Assembly: GCA_042568575.1 (NCBI GenBank)
Contig: JBHPIO010000001.1
Location: 128,001 to 192,000, forward strand
Direction of reading: 5' to 3'
Length of the DNA stretch: 64,000 nucleotides
Source: Patescibacteria group bacterium
GTDB taxonomy: Bacteria > Patescibacteriota > Gracilibacteria > UBA1369 > PNNO01
A program made the position numbers and the translations under genes. Below are positions 1-8,202 of the stretch, one piece after another; position 1 is the first letter of the stretch; every line of letters starts with the position of its first letter. The notes below the pieces were generated by a model. The model did not search any database. It saw only the letters and a list, made by a program, of their open reading frames with translations, and was not told the DNA's origin.

Positions 1-1375
1 GAAGGTAATCCCCTTTTATCAGGATATCAAATTTCTCTTTGATGATTTTCTGAAGCTGTTTTTCGGTTGGCATTTTCTTCCACAAAGTTTTTTGTCTTCC
101 TTTTGAAGAAGCTGCACGTAATTTATAAAGTTTATATTTGAGATACCTGTTAATATCCTCTTTGCTTGGCTCAAGAGATGGTGGAGATGGCAAGTTAGAC
201 ATCGCTGTAACAGGATCTTTAAGCCCATTTCCAGTTGCCATAACAACTACCGTATCGTCTTTCTTGAAAATTCCTTTTTTAGATAACTGATTAAGCGCAC
301 CAACAGGTAAAGCACCTGAAGGTTCAACAAAAATCGACTCAATATTTGCCAAAAGTGCTTCCGCATCGAGCGTGTCGTCATCATCTACTGCAACAGCCAT
401 TCCTCCGGAGTCTTTTATGGCTTTTAGAACCATATTTCCATCAAGAGGATAATTCACGGCAACAGCACTACAAACCGTATCAATATGGTCTGCCGTAGCA
501 ACCTTTCTTTTCTTTTCCTTGAATGCTTCCACAACTGTTTGGCATCCACTTGGTTGGACACCAATCAACTTTGGAAGCTTATCTATAAATCCAAGTTTAT
601 GAAACTCCTTAAATCCCTTCCATATAGCGGATAAATTCGTTCCACAACCTATTGGACAAATAACATAATCGGGAGCACGCCAGAAAAGCTGCTCGCAAAT
701 TTCGTAAGCTTGAGATTTTTGACCTTCTCTTCTAAACACATAATCACCGGCAAGATAGAAATCATTTTCTTTCGCAATTTGAACTGCCAATTTTGCACAT
801 TCACTATATGCACCTCTAATTAGAAGTACACGAGCACCATATGAAATAGTTTGAGAAAGTTTTCCGATTGGAGTTTTTTCCGGAACCATAACGTAACATG
901 GAATACCCGCAACAGTTGAATATGCCGCAACCGAGGCAGCCATATTGCCTGAAGAAGCAAGGCAAATCGCCTTCGCACCAAGTTCCAGAGCTTTTGTAAC
1001 TTCAACAAGAGTTCCGCGATCTTTAAATACACCAGTTGGATTCGCGCCTTCATTTTTAACGTAAAGTTTTTGGAGTCCGAGTTTTTTTCCAAGATGCTTT
1101 GCGTGATACAGAGGCGTTCCACCTTCTTTTAAACTAACAATCTTTTCAAGATCCAAAATCGGATAAAAATCTAAATATTTCATTGCTGAAATCGGCGAAT
1201 TCTTAAGCGCAAACATATTCATTCGACGCTTAATTCGTTCATAATCGTAAATAACATCAAGAGCACCATCACACTTTAAACAAGATGTCGAAGTTTGCTT
1301 CTCGTCATACTCAGCCTTGCATTCAACACATTGAAGTTTATAAAATTTCTGACTTGTACTCGATCCGTTAGGCAT
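1..1375 (-). CDS. thrC: Threonine synthase (PLP fold II) with N-terminal CxxC...CxxC and a C-terminal extension; runs off the window start
   Basis: Absent from the ORF track because the stop lies outside the window. Manual translation from ATG at 1375 gives MPNGSSTSQKFYKLQCVECKAEY...SLKEGGTPL...VKNEGANPTGVFKDRG...ASSGNMAASVAAY...PIGCGTN...FVEPSGA...ATGNGLKDP; the frame stays open to position 2. Confidence 0.88.
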   Translation of the reverse strand, partial: MPNGSSTSQKFYKLQCVECKAEYDEKQTSTSCLKCDGALDVIYDYERIKRRMNMFALKNSPISAMKYLDFYPILDLEKIVSLKEGGTPLYHAKHLGKKLGLQKLYVKNEGANPTGVFKDRGTLVEVTKALELGAKAICLASSGNMAASVAAYSTVAGIPCYVMVPEKTPIGKLSQTISYGARVLLIRGAYSECAKLAVQIAKENDFYLAGDYVFRREGQKSQAYEICEQLFWRAPDYVICPIGCGTNLSAIWKGFKEFHKLGFIDKLPKLIGVQPSGCQTVVEAFKEKKRKVATADHIDTVCSAVAVNYPLDGNMVLKAIKDSGGMAVAVDDDDTLDAEALLANIESIFVEPSGALPVGALNQLSKKGIFKKDDTVVVMATGNGLKDPVTAMSNLPSPPSLEPSKEDINRYLKYKLYKLRAASSKGRQKTLWKKMPTEKQLQKIIKEKFDILIKGDYL

Positions 1376-1384
1376 TACAATTCG

Positions 1385-1756
1385 TTAAATACTAGCGATG
1401 CAATCAATTTCAACCTTAACATCCTTTGGAAGTCTTGAAACCTCAACAGTCGCACGAGCGGGTTTGTGACTTGGGAAATAAGTCGCGTAAACATCATTAA
1501 CAGCTGTGAAATCATTCATATCAGTCAAAAAGATTGTTGTTTTTACGACTTTATCAAGCGAACTTTCCGCAGCCTCGAGAACAGCTTTCAAATTTTTCAT
1601 AACCTGGTGAGTTTGTTCAGCCACATCGCCATCAATAAGATTCCCGTTTGAAGTAAGCGGAATTTGGCCGGAACAAAAAACCAGTTTACAGTTTTTAACT
1701 GCCTGAGAATAAGGTCCGATTGCCTGTGGAGCGCTATCTGTTTTTATAGTTTCCAT
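1385..1756 (-). CDS. ridA: RidA/YjgF family reactive-intermediate (enamine/imine) deaminase
   Basis: APQAIGPYSQAV, SGQIPL, VVKTTIFL, PARATVEVSRLPKDVKVEIDCIA; start moved to METIKT at 1756. Confidence 0.93.
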   Translation of the reverse strand: METIKTDSAPQAIGPYSQAVKNCKLVFCSGQIPLTSNGNLIDGDVAEQTHQVMKNLKAVLEAAESSLDKVVKTTIFLTDMNDFTAVNDVYATYFPSHKPARATVEVSRLPKDVKVEIDCIASI

Positions 1757-1900
1757 GCCGAGAAGTTTACAAGGTTTTAGAGCCGAAATCAATAAAAATT
1801 CGTAAGACAAGCACCCGCAGCAATGGTAGTAGCTGCGGGGCCAGGTTGGTAGGCTTTGAAAGAGGATCCAGACCCAATTGAATGGGCTGGAAAAGGAGGG

Positions 1901-3457
1901 TTATGGGATGATCTGGATGGTGGGGCCGTTAATAGTGCCACCAAAGACGTTCCCGACGGGGAACGGTGTGTCGTCGATGTACGTGAAGCTAGTCTGCGGT
2001 GACAGGTAGCTAAAGTTGAACGTGGAACTCTGAGCTCCTGCAGCTGTGTCGAACGTGAACCAGAACTCGGTCGACTCACAAATTGGCAAGTTTACCGTAT
2101 CTGTAAGCTCGATGATACACGTGAACACGGTGGGGTCGCTATCATTCCAGCAATCTCCCATGACCACATCTTGTGGTCCAGAAAAAACAGCCTCCTGATT
2201 CTGAGAATTGTATGCCCAGGCCTTGATGTCCAGGATGTCCTGTGGGTCGTACTGTTTGTGCAGCTGGACCGGGAAACTCCACATCTTCAGGGAGTTTTGT
2301 GGCAGCACGCTGATGCTCAGACCCGTAACGTCGTTCTCTCCGGACAGGACGTCGAAGTCCGGCGGGTTATTGGCCGAAGGCACAAAGTGAACCTCGTGCC
2401 CTGGAATGTAGCGCGTAGTCGGATTGCCGTAGTCGGGAAATTCGACAGTGCTCACACCAAAGCCATAAGTACGTCCGATCGCCTCGATATCCATGGGGCT
2501 CTCGATGATGAAACCGACTGTATCGCACGGAGTTGTGCCACTCATGGACACAACAACGCTGAAGTGATACATCATTCCGCGTGGAATGTAGAAGGCCTCA
2601 GGAAGCGTAATTACGATATAATCGCCCACTATCTCCCAATCCACGTTTAGATCTCCGGATCCGCCACCAGCATTGACGGTCATCATCACGTGGACGATCG
2701 ATGTCGCATCAAAAGTTCCGATCTGCTTCATCCTGAACCTGTACAGATCCATGTCCTCGACGGTGGCCTCAAAGATGACCTCGGTCGTCGAGGTATTCTC
2801 GTCGTTCAAGCCATTCTCCGAGACATAGGCGTCGTAGTTCAACACGCCCACAACCGCACTCGTCGTGGTCATGGGATAGCCACAGAGCGGGAACTCCGGC
2901 AGGCCGATAACGTTCACAGGCTCGCCGGTGGTAACTCCGAATGCTGGCATGTGCTCCGGGAACTCTAAACAGAAGTAGTTCTCGGAGTTTTCAACCGCGT
3001 CCATGTTCGCATAAACGTCCATGTACGCGGACTCGCCAGCTCCCAGATAGAAAGTAGTTTCGGAGAAGTCGACCTGGTTAGTCGAAGTGCTAATTCCCAG
3101 GTACGGCGTCTCCTGATCTTCATCGAAGATCACTTGCACGACGGGCATGTCATTGGCATCACCCAACCCCCTTCTCGTGAGAGTGGGGCCAATGATCTCG
3201 ACATCTTGGTCTTCCGGCGCCTTCACCAGGAAGCGCACGAAGTGAACTCGCTGCGCAACGCGCGGAATATGTCTACCTTCAGGCGTGTTCTCGTCGATCT
3301 CCACGGTGAGATCCTTATTCTCCTCCGTGTTGTTGTTATTGGCATTGGAATTGCCGTTAACGTTGTTGTTGCCGTCGTAGCCAACGCTCCTTTCGCAAGC
3401 AGCAAAGGCCATGATGATCGCCGTAACGATCGCTATAGTTCTCGCGATGTGTCCCAA
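1901..3457 (-). CDS. GC-rich secreted lipoprotein with Asn-rich linker and beta-rich repeated domains
   Basis: In-frame TTG at 3457 preceded by AAAGGAGGG (3464-3472) gives the signal peptide MGHIARTIAIVTAIIMAFAA|C, followed by GNNNVNGNSNANNNN. GC is clearly above the flanks. Confidence 0.8.
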   Translation of the reverse strand: MGHIARTIAIVTAIIMAFAACERSVGYDGNNNVNGNSNANNNNTEENKDLTVEIDENTPEGRHIPRVAQRVHFVRFLVKAPEDQDVEIIGPTLTRRGLGDANDMPVVQVIFDEDQETPYLGISTSTNQVDFSETTFYLGAGESAYMDVYANMDAVENSENYFCLEFPEHMPAFGVTTGEPVNVIGLPEFPLCGYPMTTTSAVVGVLNYDAYVSENGLNDENTSTTEVIFEATVEDMDLYRFRMKQIGTFDATSIVHVMMTVNAGGGSGDLNVDWEIVGDYIVITLPEAFYIPRGMMYHFSVVVSMSGTTPCDTVGFIIESPMDIEAIGRTYGFGVSTVEFPDYGNPTTRYIPGHEVHFVPSANNPPDFDVLSGENDVTGLSISVLPQNSLKMWSFPVQLHKQYDPQDILDIKAWAYNSQNQEAVFSGPQDVVMGDCWNDSDPTVFTCIIELTDTVNLPICESTEFWFTFDTAAGAQSSTFNFSYLSPQTSFTYIDDTPFPVGNVFGGTINGPTIQIIP

Positions 3458-3511
3458 AGTAAACCCTCCTTTAAAGGTTTTCCTCATTGTCAAAAATCAA
3501 CTTGGATTAAG

Positions 3512-3539
3512 ATTGTACTATAAATAAGCGAATAGTCAA
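3512..3539 (-). promoter_or_regulatory. sigma70-like promoter TTGACT-16-TACAAT for the GC-rich lipoprotein gene, followed by boxA-like TGATTTTTGACAA (3487-3499)
   Basis: Near-consensus hexamers read on the minus strand. Confidence 0.55.
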
Positions 3540-3627
3540 TAGAGCGCACACGAGATTCCTCCCGGGAGGAGATTGACACAATACATTTCTTTCGTATACA
3601 TTGATCTCTTAATTTATTATTTATCAT

Positions 3628-4275
3628 ATGAAAGAAGACATCAGCCGCGAAGGCCTTACATCAGAAAAACTGCTTCAGCCATTATATTTACTCAGGCCAA
3701 AAAACAACCATGCAATAGCCAAGGTTCAAGAATTCACACAAATAAGACTTCAAAGAATAAATGAACTTCTTGGAAAAGACTACAAGGGTGCAATTTTAGA
3801 TATAGATGAGTGCACAGCCCCACATCACGGAGAGATTCTTCCAGAAAATTTAGAACATGTAGTAGAAATGATTCAAGACGGCACACGCGTAGTAATTTTC
3901 TCAAACATGAAAGCATCAGACCGATATAACGCCATTATTGACGCAACTAATGGAGCAGTCAAAGTGCATACCAGTCAATTTGCAAAACCAGATGCACGCG
4001 GGTTCTTAGAATGCTGCGATGAATTGAATCTTCTTCCTCATGAAGTAGTTATGATCGGCGACAATTTTATCACTGACGGTGGTTCAATAAGAGCTGGCAT
4101 CGACTTTATTAAGGTTGAACCAATTAAAACTGAAGGCGAATCAATTGGAAAAAAACTAAAAAGACTTCCGCAAACAGCTACAAGATGGTTTTACAGTAAA
4201 CTTTCAAATCTATACGACAAAATTTCTAAGAGAAAAGTGCTTAAGCCCGACGATATTTCTCCCAAATCTTCTTAA
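3628..4275 (+). CDS. HAD-superfamily IIIA phosphatase (YqeG-like)
   Basis: Motif I ILDIDEC, motif II VIFSN, motif III/IV AKP...MIGDNFITDGG. Confidence 0.8.
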   Translation: MKEDISREGLTSEKLLQPLYLLRPKNNHAIAKVQEFTQIRLQRINELLGKDYKGAILDIDECTAPHHGEILPENLEHVVEMIQDGTRVVIFSNMKASDRYNAIIDATNGAVKVHTSQFAKPDARGFLECCDELNLLPHEVVMIGDNFITDGGSIRAGIDFIKVEPIKTEGESIGKKLKRLPQTATRWFYSKLSNLYDKISKRKVLKPDDISPKSS

Positions 4276-4504
4276 AAAAAGACAAACTAAGCGTAGAAAT
4301 CACAAAAGCAGCAGTCGGAACAATCGAATTGATAAGCGGATCTGGCAATTCAGCTACATAGAAGAAAACAACAATCACAAGATAAGTTAATACAGCAACA
4401 ATCACTTTCCGAGTGAAGCTCATTTCCCATTTTTTATTAAGCTCAACACGTTTATTGCGTTCTTGTATTTTTGTGATTTCGGATTCAATTTGTTTAAGTT
4501 CCAT
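4241..4504 (-). CDS. Small two-TM membrane hypothetical protein
   Basis: MELKQIESEITKIQERNKRVE...WEMSFTRK followed by two hydrophobic segments; starts 10 nt after the msrAB stop. Confidence 0.7.
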   Translation of the reverse strand: MELKQIESEITKIQERNKRVELNKKWEMSFTRKVIVAVLTYLVIVVFFYVAELPDPLINSIVPTAAFVISTLSLSFFKKIWEKYRRA

Positions 4505-4514
4505 GGTAGTAGTA

Positions 4515-5348
4515 TTAAAAACGTTTAGTATACCCATGACAATACGGCTCATCCCCTTTTTTCTCATAATAATCTTGATGATAATCTTCAGCAGGCCAAA
4601 ACTTCCCTGCTTCACGTAATTCAGTCGCTACATCAAAGCCTTTTTCGTGCAACAATTCAATTAAACCCTCTGCAATTTTCTTCTGCTCTTCATCAATATA
4701 AAAAATAACAGAAAGATATTGCTCACCAATGTCAGGACCCTGACCGTCCTTTTGAGTAGGATCATGAGTCTCAAAAAATAATTTTGCTAGTTTCTCATAC
4801 GAAACCTGAGCAGGATCAAACAAAATCTCCAAAGCCTCAATATGCCCAGTAGTATGCGCACAAACTTCCTCATATGTTGGATTTTCTTTCTCACCACCAA
4901 TGTATCCAACTGTTGTATCAATCACTCCAGGTTCTTTTTGCATGTAATACTCAACTCCCCAGAAACAACCACCTGCAAATATCGCACGTCCAAGATCTTT
5001 CTCAGGAATAAAATTCATTGAAATTGAATTCACACAATGACGAACATTCTTCGGCGTATCCCCTTCTCCTTCAAAAACATGTCCAAGATGAGCATCGCAA
5101 CTCGCACATAAAATCTCCGTTCGCATACCATCCGCATCTGGCTCGTGTTTGATAGCACCTGGAATTTCATCATCAAAACTTGGCCAACCACAACTTGATT
5201 TAAATTTATCAGTCGATTTATACAGCAACGCATTACAACGCTTGCACGTATAAACTCCATCTTCAAAATGATCGTTATACTTGCCGGTAAAAGGAGCTTC
5301 CGTCCCTTTGTTAACGATTACGTCTTCTTCTTCAGGAGTTAATTTCAT
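4515..5348 (-). CDS. msrAB: Bifunctional methionine sulfoxide reductase, MsrB-MsrA fusion
   Basis: MsrB motifs GTEAPF, CGWPSF, HLGHVF, RHCVNS; MsrA motifs FAGGCFWGVE, GYIGG, AEDYHQDYY; start MKLTPEEE at 5348. Confidence 0.95.
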   Translation of the reverse strand: MKLTPEEEDVIVNKGTEAPFTGKYNDHFEDGVYTCKRCNALLYKSTDKFKSSCGWPSFDDEIPGAIKHEPDADGMRTEILCASCDAHLGHVFEGEGDTPKNVRHCVNSISMNFIPEKDLGRAIFAGGCFWGVEYYMQKEPGVIDTTVGYIGGEKENPTYEEVCAHTTGHIEALEILFDPAQVSYEKLAKLFFETHDPTQKDGQGPDIGEQYLSVIFYIDEEQKKIAEGLIELLHEKGFDVATELREAGKFWPAEDYHQDYYEKKGDEPYCHGYTKRF

Positions 5349-5350
5349 AA

Positions 5351-5581
5351 TTAAACGAAAATAAGGTACAAAAGTAGCACAAACGCTATCGTCCAATAAG
5401 TTGTCCAGAAAATATTATAAAACTTGTCCGTTTCATTTTTGAAAATCTTCGCAGGCGGCCAATAATATTTTTTCGACATAGACTTACTCTGATTTCCAAA
5501 AAAGCACTCAATGACATGCAGATGTAAATCATAGAAAACCATGACTGCCAAAATGATTGTAATTACTTCTTTAGTACTCAT
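5351..5581 (-). CDS. Small membrane hypothetical protein
   Basis: 76 aa with two hydrophobic ends; ATGA overlap with the upstream hydrolase gene. Confidence 0.6.
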   Translation of the reverse strand: MSTKEVITIILAVMVFYDLHLHVIECFFGNQSKSMSKKYYWPPAKIFKNETDKFYNIFWTTYWTIAFVLLLYLIFV

Positions 5582-6126
5582 ACTATTTCTTTAATCTTTG
5601 AAAGCAGTATATCAAATTCAGTATATCCAGACGACTGATTAATATGACCAGCACCTGGAACAAGAGTCACATCGATTTCAAGTTTTTCCGCTAGCTTCTC
5701 CGCTTTTTCGAGTTTAATATATGGATCATTATCTGAATGAAAAACATAAAAGTACTCACAATTCGATTTTATCTTCTCCCAATCAAACTCTCGTTGCGCA
5801 AACGTCACCATTCCAGGATCAAATTGATTGTCCGCTTTGCCATAAAAACCACTAACGAGAAAAGCCGCCTTCACCTTATAACGCTCAAGAACATTAAGCG
5901 CAAAAGGCACACCCAAACTGTGACCAATCAAAATCGCATCTTCATTGATGTCCTCTTTATATTGATCAAGTACATTCAACCAGTTTTCAAGCGTCTGCCC
6001 CTCAGGCGTAGGAAATTGAGGAATAATAACTTGTTGATCAAGATCTTCTAATTGTTCTTTGAGCCACGGAAACCAGTTTTCTTGAGGCGAACCCCCTACT
6101 CCGTGGAAGATGAATGTTGTGGGCAT
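5578..6126 (-). CDS. RBBP9/YdeN family alpha/beta hydrolase
   Basis: IFHGVGGSPQENWFPWL, nucleophile elbow GHSLG, HSDNDPY, GAGHIN. Confidence 0.9.
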   Translation of the reverse strand: MPTTFIFHGVGGSPQENWFPWLKEQLEDLDQQVIIPQFPTPEGQTLENWLNVLDQYKEDINEDAILIGHSLGVPFALNVLERYKVKAAFLVSGFYGKADNQFDPGMVTFAQREFDWEKIKSNCEYFYVFHSDNDPYIKLEKAEKLAEKLEIDVTLVPGAGHINQSSGYTEFDILLSKIKEIV

Positions 6127-6189
6127 ATTTTTAACATTAATTACTTCTCTGATATACTACCAACAAAGCATCTCCTAACAAACTTAAAA

Positions 6190-7548
6190 ATGCTGAAACG
6201 AACTCTCGCAATCATACTTTCTATTTCATTGATTGCTCTTAGTGGTGTACCTGCTTTTGCAGCAGGCGGTGCATGTTCTTATCACGACGGAATTGACTGT
6301 CTTACAGGCCCGGACACCGACGGTAGTGTAATTTGTAATGATGGCTGGAAAGCTGATTCGACATCATACTCAAGTGTGAAGTCAGCGTGTGGCGAAGATT
6401 ATCGTCCTTTTGCTGATGTTGATTCTTCAACCGAATATAACGAAGCTATTATAACTCTCTATGAGAAACAAGTGATTATCGGTTATCCAGATCAAACTTT
6501 CAAACCTTATAGTTTTATTAATCGTGCCGAGTTTTTAAAAATCCTTGTTGAAGGAAACGGAATCACTCCAGACGCAGATGTATACAAAGACTGTTTTCCT
6601 GACGTAACTGACGATTGGTACGCACCCCACGTGTGTTATGCAAAAGAGCAAGGATGGGTTGAAGGTTATCCAGACGGACAATTTAAAGCTACACAAAACG
6701 TAAACAAAGCAGAATCTATTAAAATGATTATCGAAATTCACGAATACAGCGATCTACTTCCTGAAATCGTTGAAGAAAGCAAGTACGAAGATGTTGCTAT
6801 GGATGATTGGTTCGCTCCGTATGTGCAAGTTGCTTACGATAAAGCGTTTATCATCCAGGAAATTTCATACTTAAATCCTGCTGACTTTATGACACGAGCA
6901 GGTATCACAGAAATGACATACCGCAGCATGATGGTTAAAGAATTCAATCTTGATACATTCCTCGATTACGATCCTCTTGATGAAGTAGTGCCAATTCCTG
7001 AACCAACTGTAATACTTAATTACTCATCAGAAAATCGTGCGATCGGTGAAGCTAACGCACCGATTGTAATTGTCGAATATAGCGATTATCAATGTCCTTT
7101 CTGCCAAAAACAGGCGGAAGAAGTTATTGCTAACCTAAAAATCGATTACATCGCAACTGGAGACGTATACTATGAGTTTAAAGACTTCCCTCTTGCGTTC
7201 CATACAAACGCAGCTACAGCAGCTATGGCAACAAATTGCGCAGCCGATCAAAACGCATTCTGGGAAATGCACGACATGATCTTCGAAAATCAAAGCGAAT
7301 GGTCATATTCTGAGGATGCTTCAGTTGAGTTTGAAAATTACTCAGATACTATTGGATTAGACTTAGAAGATTTTTCATTCTGCATGGCAGAAGAAACTCA
7401 CCTTGCTGACATCGAGGCTGACAGAGAAGCAGGAGTTGCAGCAGGCGTTACTGGAACACCCGCAATGTTCGTAAACGACGAACTATTTCTTGGCGTACAG
7501 GATTACACTACTTTAAGTGAATATTTAGACACCCTTCTTAGCGAATAG
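6190..7548 (+). CDS. Secreted SLH-domain protein fused to a DsbA/BdbD-like thioredoxin domain
   Basis: Signal peptide from ATG 6190; Cys motif GACSYHDGIDC...VICNDGW; SLH repeats (IIGYPDQTFKP..INRAEF, VEGYPDGQFK..VNKAE); EYSDYQCPFC and GVTGTPAMFVN. Confidence 0.88.
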   Translation: MLKRTLAIILSISLIALSGVPAFAAGGACSYHDGIDCLTGPDTDGSVICNDGWKADSTSYSSVKSACGEDYRPFADVDSSTEYNEAIITLYEKQVIIGYPDQTFKPYSFINRAEFLKILVEGNGITPDADVYKDCFPDVTDDWYAPHVCYAKEQGWVEGYPDGQFKATQNVNKAESIKMIIEIHEYSDLLPEIVEESKYEDVAMDDWFAPYVQVAYDKAFIIQEISYLNPADFMTRAGITEMTYRSMMVKEFNLDTFLDYDPLDEVVPIPEPTVILNYSSENRAIGEANAPIVIVEYSDYQCPFCQKQAEEVIANLKIDYIATGDVYYEFKDFPLAFHTNAATAAMATNCAADQNAFWEMHDMIFENQSEWSYSEDASVEFENYSDTIGLDLEDFSFCMAEETHLADIEADREAGVAAGVTGTPAMFVNDELFLGVQDYTTLSEYLDTLLSE

Positions 7549-7891
7549 ATTCCCGAATCTTCTTTGGAAGTTTCGCAAAAACAAGTTCATACGAATGATC
7601 GACAAGTTCTCTAACCAGCTTGTCGGTCATTTCTTTTTCCTCAACACTCACTGTATTCCAATGGTCCTTATTCATGTGATAACCGGGCACAACAGCCTTG
7701 TGCTTTTGTCGCAACGCCATCGCAAAAATAGGATCGCATTTGAGGTTCACAGTACACGGAGTTTTGTTGATATTCGTTAGAGCAAACATTTTGCCACTAA
7801 CACGAAAAACAAGCGTCTCGTGATCAAATGGAAAGTCACAAGTAGCTTTCGGCTTTGAAAGACAATGTTTTTTAAGTTGATTGATGTTCAT
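7538..7891 (-). CDS. MmcQ/YjbR family DNA-binding protein
   Basis: DFPFD...VFRVSGKMFAL, NLKCDP, PGYHMNKDHWNTV, LVDHSYELV. Confidence 0.92.
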   Translation of the reverse strand: MNINQLKKHCLSKPKATCDFPFDHETLVFRVSGKMFALTNINKTPCTVNLKCDPIFAMALRQKHKAVVPGYHMNKDHWNTVSVEEKEMTDKLVRELVDHSYELVFAKLPKKIRESIR

Positions 7892-8126
7892 CAGGTGAAC
7901 TTAAGGCTATTGCTCTAATGGATATTCTCTTTCCGTCTGCCACAGATTCCTTCATACATCCTATTAACGCATTAATGCCACGACGCTCGAATTTGCTTAC
8001 AAATTCTGCAACAATTATTGCAGGATCTTCCTCTGGATATCTTTTTGGAGTTTCGAAATCAGTTTCGCCATCTCTTCCCAATGCAATTTCTATTCTAGCC
8101 ATCTCTTCGTCTAAAATTGTGAACAT
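7872..8126 (-). CDS. Hypothetical protein
   Basis: 84-aa ORF with its own TTGACA-16-TATAAT promoter at 8160-8187. Confidence 0.55.
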   Translation of the reverse strand: MFTILDEEMARIEIALGRDGETDFETPKRYPEEDPAIIVAEFVSKFERRGINALIGCMKESVADGKRISIRAIALSSPDEHQST

Positions 8127-8202
8127 AATAATTTTGGTAATATTTGATTAAAGGAGATGATTATATTTGATCACCAGATTATGTCAAGCAATGTTTGATA
8201 TC

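Noticed and set aside
1789-3523. Overlapping ORFs on both strands in the GC-rich islet (likewise 24389-25537 and 14986-15393)
   Set aside because: High GC reduces stop frequency; only the frames with SD motifs, signal peptides and GC3 bias were kept.
5578-5581. Alternative genetic code 25 (TGA=Gly) as in Gracilibacteria
   Set aside because: Conserved genes are full length under code 11, and TGA acts as a stop in ATGA overlaps (5578-5581, 57515-57518).
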